Shown here: piece after piece, positions 28,299 to 41,027 of the stretch
How positions within the stretch are numbered: position 1 is the first letter of the stretch
How the letters are laid out: each line of letters opens with the position of its first letter
Assembly (NCBI GenBank): GCA_965203905.1
Contig: CBDBDQ010000005.1
Coordinates: 7,104,001 to 7,168,000 of the forward strand
DNA from: Spirochaetia bacterium
GTDB lineage: Bacteria > Spirochaetota > Spirochaetia > SZUA-6 > Bin103
Length of the DNA stretch: 64,000 nucleotides
Reading direction: 5' to 3'
Position numbers and translations under genes: made by a program
Notes under the pieces: generated by a model
Databases searched by the model: none
Seen by the model: the letters and a program-made list of their open reading frames with translations, nothing else
Told to the model about the DNA's origin: nothing

Positions 28299-29621
28299 GT
28301 GATGAAGCAAAACATTAGGTTACTTGGCGCGATGTTATGTGTTTTTTTTGTCGGAGCAATTCCGCTGTTTGCCAGCGCCGCTCAAGAAGGTGGACAAAGC
28401 TCAACAGCGGAAAAGATGAAAATTGTGATGTGGGATTGGCATACACCTCGCATGGACGGATTAAGACCGATGGCCGAAGAGTATCAAAAATTGAATCCTC
28501 ATATCGAGTTTGAAACGATGGTTATGCCGAGTGACGAATACTGGAAGAAAGTACTGGCCAGCTCGGTATCGAGAGATTTTGCCGTTGATATTTTTCAAAT
28601 CGCAAACAATCGGATTGCGGAGTTATCGAATTATATCACCCCGTATCCAGAGGATATGTTCCCCATGGCACAACTGAAAGAGGAGTATCCTGCCATAGAT
28701 ATCCTTCTCTACAACGACAAGCTGTATATGTGGCCCTTGGGTATCATGTCGTCGGCGATTTACTACAATGCTGACATGTGGGATGACGCCGGACTGGGAG
28801 CTAGACCCAAAACATGGGACGAGTTGAGAGAAGCAGCAGTGCAACTCACCCAGTATGATGGAGACAATGTAAGTGTTGCGGGATTTGGATTCACCGGTGA
28901 CGGCTACATGCAGTTCATTTGGGGAGATATGCTCTATCAAAAGGGCGGTTGGTACTACAATGAAGATGGTGCTAAAGTCGATGATTCCTGGATTCAGTCT
29001 CCTGGCGTAGAGGCGCTGGAATACCTCAAGGATATGGTTTTCGAGGATCGTGTTACCGAACCAGGATTCTTGGGATTTCTCGAAGCTTTCGGAACCGATC
29101 GAGCCGCCATGGTCTACGCATGGACCTGGTTTACTGGATTCCTGAATACTACTCATCCTGACAAGAACTACTATGTGTCTGCCTTGCCTACATTTACCGG
29201 GAGCCCATTACCTGCGGTTGCTCGTAATGATCCATCGAGTCTATCTTCTGTAATCTCCTCAGACGAGGATAAGATTCCCGAAATCTTCAAGTTTCTGAAA
29301 TGGATGTTTGACGATGATGACTATCTGATCAACATGAATATCACGCAGTCGGTAATACCGTTGAAGAAGGAATTATTGAAAGACCCAAGAATCGCGGATG
29401 ATCCAGTCATCAGTGAGCTTATCAAGGTGTCTTCCTATACGGTCTATCCGGGCGAATACTCAGTGTGTCTTGGACCTTCGATGTCGAATATTGAAGCGAG
29501 GATCTTCCAGGGTATGTCAGCGCAGGAAACAATGGAAGTCGTGAAGGCCGAGATAGATGTGTGTTTGGAAGACACTCCAACGACATGGGTCGTGGAACGG
29601 AGATATCAACCGGGCCTCTAG
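28299..29621 (+). CDS. carbohydrate ABC substrate-binding protein
   Basis: Signal peptide ending PLFA-SAAQEG; IYYNADMW..AGL..PKTWDEL motif. Confidence 0.9.
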   Translation: MMKQNIRLLGAMLCVFFVGAIPLFASAAQEGGQSSTAEKMKIVMWDWHTPRMDGLRPMAEEYQKLNPHIEFETMVMPSDEYWKKVLASSVSRDFAVDIFQIANNRIAELSNYITPYPEDMFPMAQLKEEYPAIDILLYNDKLYMWPLGIMSSAIYYNADMWDDAGLGARPKTWDELREAAVQLTQYDGDNVSVAGFGFTGDGYMQFIWGDMLYQKGGWYYNEDGAKVDDSWIQSPGVEALEYLKDMVFEDRVTEPGFLGFLEAFGTDRAAMVYAWTWFTGFLNTTHPDKNYYVSALPTFTGSPLPAVARNDPSSLSSVISSDEDKIPEIFKFLKWMFDDDDYLINMNITQSVIPLKKELLKDPRIADDPVISELIKVSSYTVYPGEYSVCLGPSMSNIEARIFQGMSAQETMEVVKAEIDVCLEDTPTTWVVERRYQPGL

Positions 29622-29646
29622 TCCACAACTAGGAAGTATTCACTTG

Positions 29647-29684
29647 AAAAGGGGCTTTCCACTTCACGGAGCGCCCCTTTTTTT
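29647..29684 (+). terminator. intrinsic terminator/attenuator after SBP gene
   Basis: AAAAGGGGC...GCCCCTTTTTTT. Confidence 0.65.
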
Positions 29685-29756
29685 GAAGTTCTCCTCACAG
29701 GTGGAGCTCAACCTGAGGAGAGCCTCATACTTGATTTTGGTACAAGGAAATTTCAC

Positions 29757-30680
29757 ATGTCTGTTGCTGAAAAAATCAAGAGCAACTTGAATCCGGGAAA
29801 GCTGATAATTCTGGTAGCCATTGTACCGTGCATGATCTACTACCTAATCTTCTATCACGGCGCAATGTTCTATGCGTTTTATCTTAGCTTCACGAACTGG
29901 CAATTAGGAGTGGACACCAAATTCATAAAACTCGATAACTTCGTAAGAATCTTTACTGCCGACAATCTGTTCTTCAAATCCCTGGTCAACACATTGTACT
30001 ATACAGTCTTCACCGTCCCGGTTGGAACGGTTCTCGCCATTTTTGTGGCTTCTCTCATCAACGGTCAAGGGAGAAAGCTGGCAAGTGCATTTAGAATCAT
30101 ATACTTCATTCCGGTTGTTACTTCGTTGGTTGCTGTCGCCGTCGTGTGGAAATGGCTGTATCAGCCAAGCTTCGGCCTTATAAACCAAGTTCTCGGTATA
30201 TTCGGCTTTCGCAAGGTTATGTGGTTATCATCGCCATCCGTTGCGATGTTAAGCGTAATGATAATGAGCATATGGCGTGATCTCGGATTCAAGGCAGTTA
30301 TCATCATGGCTGCGCTTCAGGGGATTCCCAGGACGTATTTTGAGGCCGCCATGATTGATGGAGCTCAAAAGGTACAAATATTCCTGAAAATAACCATCCC
30401 CCTGATATTTCCGGCCATTACTTTCATCGCGGTCACTGGGATGATTAGTGCCATGCAGGTGTTCACTGAGATGCATGTCATGATGAGTTCGAATCACATG
30501 AGTATAGGCGCATCAGGGCCCCTGGATTCAACAAGAACTGTCGTCGTGCACTTGTATGAACGAGCCTTTTCTCGATACAGAATGGGCTACGCCTCTGCTA
30601 CGGCGATACTCCTCTTTATAATCATATTAGCCATGTCACTCATTCAACTTCGTATAATGGAAAAGAGAACGAGAATTTAG
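29757..30680 (+). CDS. carbohydrate ABC permease (MalF/UgpA type)
   Basis: EAAMIDGA, ITIPL, MGYASA. Confidence 0.92.
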   Translation: MSVAEKIKSNLNPGKLIILVAIVPCMIYYLIFYHGAMFYAFYLSFTNWQLGVDTKFIKLDNFVRIFTADNLFFKSLVNTLYYTVFTVPVGTVLAIFVASLINGQGRKLASAFRIIYFIPVVTSLVAVAVVWKWLYQPSFGLINQVLGIFGFRKVMWLSSPSVAMLSVMIMSIWRDLGFKAVIIMAALQGIPRTYFEAAMIDGAQKVQIFLKITIPLIFPAITFIAVTGMISAMQVFTEMHVMMSSNHMSIGASGPLDSTRTVVVHLYERAFSRYRMGYASATAILLFIIILAMSLIQLRIMEKRTRI

Positions 30681-30691
30681 CGTGAGGCCAA

Positions 30692-31525
30692 GTGATGATA
30701 CGTATGGCACAAGATAGATCAAGTTTCATAGCTACTGTTATCCTTGTGTTGGGCTCCGTAATTATGGTGTTCCCATTAATCTGGATGATAAGTACTGCGT
30801 TCAAGATTCCTTCTCAGATAATCAGCTATCCGCCAAATATTTTACCTAAACCGCCTACGCTCCAGCACTTCGACCGTTTACTCGAAGTGCCATACTTCGG
30901 AAGCAGTTTCTTGAACAGCGCATATATAGCATCTCTGGTAGCTGCAATCAGCGTATTTACCAGTACCTTGGTGGGTTATGTATTCGCAAAGTTCAGGTTC
31001 TTTGGTCGAGATGTCATATTCATCATGATTCTGTCTACCATGATGATACCCTTTCCGGTCATAATGATTCCGCTATTTCTGGTGGTCTCCACACTAGGTT
31101 TTGGTAATAGTCATGCGGCCTTGGTCGTGCCTTTTTTATACAGCACATTTGGTATTTTTCTTATGAGGCAGTTCATGTCGACGGTACCAAACGAACTCAG
31201 AGAGGCAGCGATCATTGAAGGTTGTACCGAGTTCCGGGCTTTTAGGAGTATCATTTTACCACAGTGCATGCCCGCTATTTCTGCGTTATCAATATTTCAA
31301 TTTATGTGGCATTGGGAGAGCTTCGTGTGGCCTCTGATAGTGATTCAAAGTACTGCGAAATTCACGTTGCCGGTTTTTCTCGCGACATTTTCGAATGAGT
31401 GGTGGACAGATTACGGATTGGTAATGGCCGGAGCCACGATAACAATACTCCCAATACTCATCGTGTTTTTCTTTTTTCAGAAGCAAATTATCCGAGGCAT
31501 GGCTCTCACGGGACTAAAGCTGTAA
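30692..31525 (+). CDS. carbohydrate ABC permease (MalG/UgpE type)
   Basis: EAAIIEG, WPLIV, TLPV, GLK end. Confidence 0.92.
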   Translation: MMIRMAQDRSSFIATVILVLGSVIMVFPLIWMISTAFKIPSQIISYPPNILPKPPTLQHFDRLLEVPYFGSSFLNSAYIASLVAAISVFTSTLVGYVFAKFRFFGRDVIFIMILSTMMIPFPVIMIPLFLVVSTLGFGNSHAALVVPFLYSTFGIFLMRQFMSTVPNELREAAIIEGCTEFRAFRSIILPQCMPAISALSIFQFMWHWESFVWPLIVIQSTAKFTLPVFLATFSNEWWTDYGLVMAGATITILPILIVFFFFQKQIIRGMALTGLKL

Positions 31526-31640
31526 ATCTAACAGAAAGTCGCTTGGCCGAAGGAGAGTTGCATAAGACAATTGTGAGGCTATCCGAGGACTGTCAGTGAA
31601 TTAGGGTAGGCGACTTCCTTCGTAAGGCCGCCTCCGGTGC

Positions 31641-33044
31641 TCAAAGCCTTTCGTTGCTAGTGTGCCGAAATGCTGACACTCCAGAGAGATCACCCTGGCC
31701 GGTGGACATCATCCACGAAAGCCGCTTTTCCGGAATAGCCGAATGTGCGATGAAGGCTCGGTTGTGAACCTGTCGCAATTCCCACCGTATATGTTTGGAA
31801 AACACGTAAAATACCAGGTAGGCATTGGGCCATTCGGCGAACGCCGGGCTTTGCAAATGCGTTCCTCCATCGCCGCGCATCATTTCGGTCCAGTGACCGT
31901 TTCCATTGATGAAGAGAAACGAATCCGGGTGTGCAAGCGCTTCCTCCTCATCCTTCTGACGGCTCCCCCAATCCAGCAGACGGAAACCTGCGGAGGAGAC
32001 GCCGCCGCGATTCCTCAGGGCATAATGTCGCAGGATGATCAGGGGCTTTCCGTTTTCCTCCGGTCTCGGCGGCGAATCCCCAAATCCGGGTTTCTCGGAG
32101 TCCAATACCCAGAACCGCAGCCCCAGCATCTCGAAGACATACGACGAGTTGCCATTGGGAAAAACCCCCTGGAGGCTTCCAGCTAACGCATCGCATGTGA
32201 AGGAAGCGGTGTAGAGATCATGATTGCCCAAACAGCCGCGGATAGGTATGTCGACTGAATCGCAACATTCACCCGCTAGATGAAACTCCTCCGGGGTTCC
32301 TCTATCCGTGATGTCACCGCCGTGTAGCACAAGCTTGATTTCCTCGGCTTTGAGGGAAGAGAGCGTAGACAGAAAGATCGGTGTCGTGTGAAAGCCCATT
32401 TTCAAGTTCATCCACTCACAGCTATCATCATGGGTCAGATGGGTATCGCCGATCAACGCAAAAGACCATCGAGGGTTTTGGTCCATTTCTGTCGCCCGTA
32501 GCTCGATCCAGTCGATTTCACCGGTGTCCCGGTCATGGGGAGCGAAAAACCATAGAAAGTGAGTACCCGAGGGAATGAATGTTTCAGCGAGGCCTACGGA
32601 ATCAGACGGCGGATGCCCTTCGATTCGCGGCGCGGGTCCGGTCAAGGCGTTACCCTCGCTTTCCCATGGTGAGGCGGTGATCATAGGAGCACCCATTACA
32701 CGGTCATCCACGAGTATACAGAATCGGAGTCCCGGCTGAAGATCCGCGCCCTGGCGGGCTCTGACCTCTCCGGACAACAGGCTTGGGTGCTTGGTCCGGA
32801 AAGAGAAGCAAAGCGCCGAGTTGCGCGGCAAAGCCTTGGTATCACCACGACTTTCTACCGCACCGCCGTTTTCATCGCCAATCCCGCGCCATAGGATACC
32901 CTCTCGGGGCTCGAATCGGATACCCGTCGAGCCCGGCTCTATGAGAGTTGGATTCTCAAAGGCTCGGTTTTCCACGCTCTTCCGTATCTCGTCAGACGCT
33001 GCGAATGCTTCACGAACTTTCAATAGTTTCTCCTTGCTGTTCAT
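31641..33044 (-). CDS. metallophosphoesterase with N-terminal beta-rich extension
   Basis: DTH, GGDITD, GNHD, HY, GH motifs of calcineurin-like phosphoesterases. Confidence 0.82.
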   Translation of the reverse strand: MNSKEKLLKVREAFAASDEIRKSVENRAFENPTLIEPGSTGIRFEPREGILWRGIGDENGGAVESRGDTKALPRNSALCFSFRTKHPSLLSGEVRARQGADLQPGLRFCILVDDRVMGAPMITASPWESEGNALTGPAPRIEGHPPSDSVGLAETFIPSGTHFLWFFAPHDRDTGEIDWIELRATEMDQNPRWSFALIGDTHLTHDDSCEWMNLKMGFHTTPIFLSTLSSLKAEEIKLVLHGGDITDRGTPEEFHLAGECCDSVDIPIRGCLGNHDLYTASFTCDALAGSLQGVFPNGNSSYVFEMLGLRFWVLDSEKPGFGDSPPRPEENGKPLIILRHYALRNRGGVSSAGFRLLDWGSRQKDEEEALAHPDSFLFINGNGHWTEMMRGDGGTHLQSPAFAEWPNAYLVFYVFSKHIRWELRQVHNRAFIAHSAIPEKRLSWMMSTGQGDLSGVSAFRHTSNERL

Positions 33045-33327
33045 GCACTTGTCATGCTGAAAAACAGCAACATAACGGTAGGTGTTTAGTGAACCACATA
33101 CCGCGTTTATCCGTTAGATAACCACGATGTGCAAGAAGTCCTTCGGAGCCTACCTGATCGAGGGTAGAATTATAACCCTCTCAGAAAGAGTCTGAATCAG
33201 CTTTCTTTAACAAAAATAGTAGACTTGACGGGGATAATCAAGATGAGAACGCAGCGACAATCAAGCTTCCGACCGGCCGGGGGCCGGCGTAGTCATGGAA
33301 GAAACACGGGCGCCAACGGTAGCGTAA

Positions 33328-34627
33328 GAGATAGAGTTTCGAGTGGGACGCGAAGTAGGCCGGCGCGGCACTGGTGTGACCGCCCGCAGGGGCGAACCCG
33401 TAATCAAGCTTGGTCCCGAGGCCCGTGGCGAAGGCATTGGTGAGGCCAACACCTGCTGCTGAGGCCATCCCGTTCAGGAGAATGCTGTTTGCTCACGCCT
33501 CGGCCGCCTCACTCGATTGATAGTGGGGGTATCCATGGCTCGACGCAAGCACCGGCGCACTGGCAGACGCACGGCGCAACCGCAGGTCGTACATCCCGAG
33601 GCAGCAGGCGACGAGGTGTGTGCGCTACGCACGCTGCTGCGGCATCGCGACACGCTGGTAAAGGCGGCAGCGCGCAGCGTGCTGCATATGCAGAAGTCCT
33701 ACGATCAGATGAACATCCATGTGCACCATGCGATCTCCGATCTGACCGGGGTAACCGGCATGGCCATAACCGACGCCATCCTGGACGGGGAACGGGACCC
33801 GGCGCGCTTGGTCGCGCTGGCTGATCGCAGGATCAAAGCCAGCCGCGACACCTTGATCAAGGCACTGCAGGGTGACTGGCGCCCCGAACATCTGTTCACC
33901 CTGCAGCAAGCGCGGCAGACCTATGCGCACTACCAGCAGCTCATCGACACCTGTGATCGGCAGATCCAGGGCGCGATCCGCGCATTGCGGAGGCCACCGG
34001 AGGCACCCGCCGACGCTCCCTCGGCCAGCGCCGGTGGGGCCGGCGCGGCAGCCGGCGAAGGTGAGCCGCCCAGCTCCCCGAGCACGCCTGAACCTGAACC
34101 GTTCGTCCTGAGCGTGCACCTTACGCGGCTGTTTGGCACCGACCTGACCCTGATTCCCGGCATCGGTGAGAGCACTGCGCTCACCTTGTTCGCCGAAATC
34201 GGGGCCGATATGTCACGCTTTCCCGATGCCGCGCACTTTGCATCGTGGTTGAATCTCTGCCCGCAGAACAAGATCACCGGCGGCCGGGTGATCAGTTCGA
34301 AGACCGGACCGGCCAGCAATCGCGCCGCGCAGGCGCTCCGCATGGCAACCCAGTCGCTGTATCGGAGCCAGACCTCGCTCGGAGAATACTTTCGGCGCAA
34401 GCGTGCGCGCCTCGGCACTCCGCAGGCGATCACCGCCAGCGCCCACAAGATGGCGCGTATCATCTACCACCTCGTCACGCACCATGCCCTATACGACGAC
34501 GACGTGCTGTCCCGACAGCAACACCGCGACCACAAACGCCGTGAACGCACAATCTGCGCCACCAAGCCCGTGCTCTCGGTTTCGATCTGGTCCCACAGGC
34601 AGCCTGATTATGTGTTTCTCAGGAGAT
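33328..34627 (+). mobile_element. IS110-family element with internally deleted recombinase
   Basis: GAGAT at both ends; ~200-nt 5' non-coding end; ORF 33535-34629 has IPGIG, AEIG, FASWLNLCP..ITGG, AHKMAR but lacks the DEDD/RuvC segment after HPEAAG; C-terminus looks frameshifted. Confidence 0.85.
33333..33520 (+). ncRNA. putative IS110 bridge RNA region
   Basis: Structured 5' non-coding end; contains TCAGGAGA (33474-33481) identical to the element's right end (34619-34626). Confidence 0.5.
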
Positions 34628-34806
34628 GAGAATGCCGAGGCGGCCGGCAGCCCTCTGACCGGGGGGCGGTGGGTCGCCGCTGACGGAGGGAGGGCGTAGC
34701 CCGACCGTAGTCAGCGGCGCGGCGGCGCCGGTGGGCGCCGCCGCCGGTGATCGTGGCCGACCCGGTGTGAGTACGGTGTTCCTGAGTACCAACGAAAGAG
34801 CACCTG

Positions 34807-36910
<2,104 letters not shown>

Positions 36911-36911
36911 C

Positions 36912-37865
36912 TTGATCAGGACGAGTGCGCTTATCAAGAAGTATGGAGAGGTAATCGCTGTTGACGGCATCGATTTAAACATACCGCAGGGCGAAATTTA
37001 CGGATTTTTGGGACCTAATGGTGCCGGCAAAACATCGACAATTATGATGCTCCTCGGCGTCTCATCGCCGACCAGTGGAGAGATCTACCTGTTTAATGAA
37101 CGATACACGCCAGATCGCCTTGACCTGAGGAGGAGGATCGGGGTCGTACCTGAGAAGCACCCGCGCGGAATGTGGACCTGGATGACCGGTGTCGAGTACC
37201 TCGAGTTGTTCGCAGATCTGTTTAGAGTGAGGAACGCCGGACGTCGAATAGTTTGTCTGCTGCAACAGGTAGGTTTGACCGAAGCGGCAGACAGGAAGAT
37301 CGTAGGTTATTCGCGCGGTATGCTGCAGAAGCTCAGCATAGTGCGGGCGCTGCTCCCGGATCCCGATATGCTCTTTCTGGACGAGCCTATTTCCGGACTT
37401 GATCCAATTGGGATAAGGCAGATTCGCGACCTTGTGATTGCTGAAAACAGGGAGGGACGGACGATTTTCATTTCCTCGCACCTATTGTCAGAGATGGAAA
37501 AGGTTTGCCACCGGATTGCCGTTATCCACAGAGGCAGGCTAATGGCAGAGGATACGACGGACAAGCTCCTGCTTAAGCTTTCATCCGCCAAAGACATAGA
37601 GCTAGACTTCGAGAACGTGCCAGAGAAGCTCATAGGCGATATAGGAGCTCTTGAATTCGTCATTGACTGCAGCATTCAAGATGGCACGGTCATGGTAAAG
37701 GTGCCAACTGAAGGTGATTACAGAAAGCCTCTATCTGAGTTTCTCATAAAGCAGGGACTCATTCCCTTACGGCTGGCGGAAAAGCGCCTCTCCCTTGAAG
37801 AGGCGTTCGTGACAATTACCAACGAAAACATTAGCCAGCTGACCGGTGTCGGGAGCACCTCATGA
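36912..37865 (+). CDS. ABC transporter ATP-binding protein (exporter type)
   Basis: GPNGAGKT, YSRGM, LDEP, SSH; AGGAGG SD. Confidence 0.93.
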   Translation: MIRTSALIKKYGEVIAVDGIDLNIPQGEIYGFLGPNGAGKTSTIMMLLGVSSPTSGEIYLFNERYTPDRLDLRRRIGVVPEKHPRGMWTWMTGVEYLELFADLFRVRNAGRRIVCLLQQVGLTEAADRKIVGYSRGMLQKLSIVRALLPDPDMLFLDEPISGLDPIGIRQIRDLVIAENREGRTIFISSHLLSEMEKVCHRIAVIHRGRLMAEDTTDKLLLKLSSAKDIELDFENVPEKLIGDIGALEFVIDCSIQDGTVMVKVPTEGDYRKPLSEFLIKQGLIPLRLAEKRLSLEEAFVTITNENISQLTGVGSTS

Positions 37866-38731
37866 ATTATCGTCTGCACGCGACAGCGACGTTCAGCCGA
37901 AGACGCATCTACGAGACGTTTATAAGCCCCAGCTTCTATGTCGCGATGAGCGTTGGGCTGTTGCTGGGTTATTTTCTGGTGTCGGGATTCGTCGGAGCCG
38001 TGGATTCGAGCGGTTTGAATTTTGGGCTTAATCCTGTTTATGAGCTCCTGACCAGGGCGCTCTCAGGGGCTTTCGGTGATACCTTTATACTGCAGCTGTT
38101 CGTCGAAGGTCCTTTCCTGGTTGCGCTCCACGCAGCTTCCCTGCCGTTCCTCTTGTACCTTTCCGTGAGCGCGGTTTACCGGTTCGGTTTCGAGAGCAGC
38201 ATTGGAGCCGTGGAGCTTCTAACCTATGGTCCGGCTGATGGAACCTCATGTTTTCTTTCTCTACTGATCCGTAACATCCTATTTTCACTTCTCTATCTGG
38301 TCGTTCAGCTCGTTTTCTTTCTTATACTGTCACTCCTGAATAATCTCGCCCTTGGACCGCATTTCTTCTATTCACTGTTGCTGTTTTTTTTTCTTACCAT
38401 ATCAGTTTTTTCTTACAGTACCTTTGCTTCCGTGGTGGTCGGCAACTCGTCCGGCGGAGTCGCGTTCTTCGTCGGCCTCATGGTTTTGTTCGGATTACTC
38501 CAGATGGGTTCTTTCACGATCATTAGCGGCTATGTGAAGAACCTTTCGTCCGTGTTCGCGGGTTTGATACAGTGGATATCGCCTCTGTACTACTGGGCAC
38601 AAGGATTGACGGCGGCTGATCATGGAAATACCACCGGATTGCTGCTGAGTCTTTTCCTAAGTATAGCGTTGTCGGCTATCCTCCTGTTAGCGAGTCATTT
38701 CACCATAAGAGCCAGAGGTATACGAGCTTGA
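37862..38731 (+). CDS. ABC-2-type permease-like membrane protein
   Basis: About 6 TM helices, GAVELL loop, ISPLYY; overlaps neighbours. Confidence 0.75.
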   Translation: MNYRLHATATFSRRRIYETFISPSFYVAMSVGLLLGYFLVSGFVGAVDSSGLNFGLNPVYELLTRALSGAFGDTFILQLFVEGPFLVALHAASLPFLLYLSVSAVYRFGFESSIGAVELLTYGPADGTSCFLSLLIRNILFSLLYLVVQLVFFLILSLLNNLALGPHFFYSLLLFFFLTISVFSYSTFASVVVGNSSGGVAFFVGLMVLFGLLQMGSFTIISGYVKNLSSVFAGLIQWISPLYYWAQGLTAADHGNTTGLLLSLFLSIALSAILLLASHFTIRARGIRA

Positions 38732-40320
38732 CTGACAAAATACGATATAGGGGTGCCCTCTCCTCTGGCATTGGCGTGATCTGGGCTGCTCTGTTCGCGA
38801 TTCTGTTCGTCAGCGGATTATCGGTATTGGGAGCGCAGGCACCCGAGATAAAGGAAAGCCTGATCTATTCTATCGTTGCCTTCGATGGTAAAGACTACAG
38901 CGGTACGTTCTGCCGGGAAGATGCTGACACAATCTATTTGATCGGCGATGTCGACAACTTCGTGAATGTTAAGAAGGCGCTTGTCTACTACTGGGAAATT
39001 ACCCAGGAGTGGAAGGTAGATTTCGAGCATCTGAACTATACATTTGAAGGCCAAATCGAGCTTACGGACAAATCCGACAATGTTGAGATTCTGGAATCGG
39101 TCAAGTTCACATATTACAATGCTCCCGGAGAATACGAAGTCAACTGGCGCGTGTTCACGGGTGATGCAGCCGATAGGGAATACGCGGCTTATGATAAGTT
39201 GATGGATGAATACTTAGAAGAGATCGAAGTCTACCAAAACAGGCAAATGGAACTGCAGGTTCGTTTCGAGGAAATGATTCAGCAACTGAGCTTGCTTCGC
39301 GAGGAGGAGGAAGAGGTTATAAAACGCCTGCAAGAAGCCCCCGAAAAAAAGCGCCTCGACGAAATTAAAGACGAAATCGAACAGGCCCGAAGGGAGCACA
39401 CCAATACATCACAGCTTGAGCAGGAAAAGGCAGCGCTCGAACGTGACTTGTCGCCGCTGATCGAAGCCGCAGCACGCAGCCGGCTGGAAATACTTGCTTT
39501 TGCCGAATTGGCGCAACGCCTGGGCGAAGGGCTACCTGCTCCGGAACATCCGGGATACTTCGTGCGTGAGCCGGACAATGCGTTTCTCTTCAACCTCGAA
39601 CCGGGCGAATACAGCATACGATTCATTATGCCGAACGGTACAACATTGGAAGGTTCCGAAAAGCGCGTTCTCGTGCACGAAAAGCGGCGTGAAAACAGTA
39701 TCGGCTACGACGTCATCCCGGCCGACAAGTGGACTAGACCGGTACTATCCCAAACTCCCGCCTCAGTGCTCTACGTCGACGGGACCACGGATCTATATCT
39801 GCTTCCCTATTTTCAGGACAAGTTTAACGACCTCTACTACAACAAAACGGTCAGGAACGACGCTCGAGGTAATCCCAATATTATGCGTTGGGTTAAGATT
39901 CAACAGGTACCGAAACCGCTCATTGAAGTCAATTATCCTGGGAACAGGACCGAGAGTTTCCTCGAACAGCCCTTTTATGTGGAACAGCTACCGGGCAGCT
40001 CATTCGGCTACAAGATCGTGCCCTTCGACACCGCGGGCGAGCACAAGGACCGTGCTCCAAACCTGATCGCCTTCCACATCCCCCTTGAGCCCACAGACGA
40101 AGTGATACGGTTCAAACTCTGGAGTAAAGATGGCGAACAATTAGCCGGCGGCCAAAGACAGATTAGGATTGTGAGTAAGACTAGCCTACAAGTGATTGGA
40201 TTGCTGCTGGCGCTGCTGCCACTGGTCCTGATGGTTATGGTGCTGGTTGCTCGAGTCAAAGGCAGCCGGCGGTTCGCCAAGCTGGAAAGGTCGGCAAACA
40301 GCGCCGTATCCAAATCTTAG
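38728..40320 (+). CDS. hypothetical secreted protein with coiled coil and C-terminal TM anchor
   Basis: Signal-like N-terminus, E/K-rich helix in the middle, hydrophobic C-terminus followed by basic residues. Confidence 0.78.
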   Translation: MTDKIRYRGALSSGIGVIWAALFAILFVSGLSVLGAQAPEIKESLIYSIVAFDGKDYSGTFCREDADTIYLIGDVDNFVNVKKALVYYWEITQEWKVDFEHLNYTFEGQIELTDKSDNVEILESVKFTYYNAPGEYEVNWRVFTGDAADREYAAYDKLMDEYLEEIEVYQNRQMELQVRFEEMIQQLSLLREEEEEVIKRLQEAPEKKRLDEIKDEIEQARREHTNTSQLEQEKAALERDLSPLIEAAARSRLEILAFAELAQRLGEGLPAPEHPGYFVREPDNAFLFNLEPGEYSIRFIMPNGTTLEGSEKRVLVHEKRRENSIGYDVIPADKWTRPVLSQTPASVLYVDGTTDLYLLPYFQDKFNDLYYNKTVRNDARGNPNIMRWVKIQQVPKPLIEVNYPGNRTESFLEQPFYVEQLPGSSFGYKIVPFDTAGEHKDRAPNLIAFHIPLEPTDEVIRFKLWSKDGEQLAGGQRQIRIVSKTSLQVIGLLLALLPLVLMVMVLVARVKGSRRFAKLERSANSAVSKS

Positions 40321-40544
40321 GTTACCGACACGCAACTTAGATCATATGTGACAGCAGTTGCTAAGTTCCTAATTCTTCAGTGCACCTCTCATGGCGCCTT
40401 TACGGAATATATTCCTGAAGGAACGGATACACCATGATTAGTGCCTGGCCGAAAACCGCATAATTCTCAGTTCCAGTGCCATGCGCACCAGAGTTCGCGT
40501 AGAAAATACTGCTCCGGTCTTTTTCACTAACTCGATCGTGGCTC

Positions 40545-40700
40545 TCGCCTTTCTACATATCGCTGCGCTTCCTCGGTATACTCCCGATGCGCTTTCTTGA
40601 TCCGCCGTTTCTCTTCCGCTACCCGCTCAGCCGTTCTCGCTTTTGAACGTTTCAGCTGTTGTGTTCCACGATACAGGCGTTTCAGCTTTTTCATAGTCCG
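40545..40700 (-). pseudogene. transposase fragment (ISNCY/IS5-like)
   Basis: KKLKRLYRGTQQLKRSKA..IKKAHREY resembles the helical region of ISNCY transposases. Confidence 0.5.
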
Positions 40701-40857
40701 GTATCGGCAACTCGTAGGGATGGAGCGACAGAGGGAAGCGCATCCCCAAGAGCTGATTGACGAGCGCCATGTCGGGGTCGATTTCGAAGAACGGTATCTC
40801 CTCGGTCTCGACATGGTTCACGGCATCGAGAAAGCGCCTTCTGTCCGGAATCCTCAT
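40693..40857 (-). pseudogene. N-terminal remnant of uroporphyrinogen decarboxylase-like gene
   Basis: GAGGTGAG SD, MRIPDRRRFLDAVNHVETEEIPFFE, then runs into the transposase fragment. Confidence 0.5.
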
Positions 40858-41027
40858 ACTCTCACCTCGTTCCTCTCTGCTCCGGTGCTGTTGACAACGG
40901 CTCCTTGCCCTCATCTTGCCTCGCGAGCATTCGCGCGCGCACCCGATCTCTCTCGACCTTCCCGAGCGAGCCCGGTCGGAGCAGCCAGAGGCGCGATCGT
41001 CGGTGGCTCGCCTCGCGCGGCCGCCGC

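Noticed and set aside
40316-40343. CTTAG-GTTACCGACACGCAA-CTTAG, an IS-end-like footprint (similar CTTAG end near 51626)
   Set aside because: No partner end or transposase can be tied to it from the sequence alone
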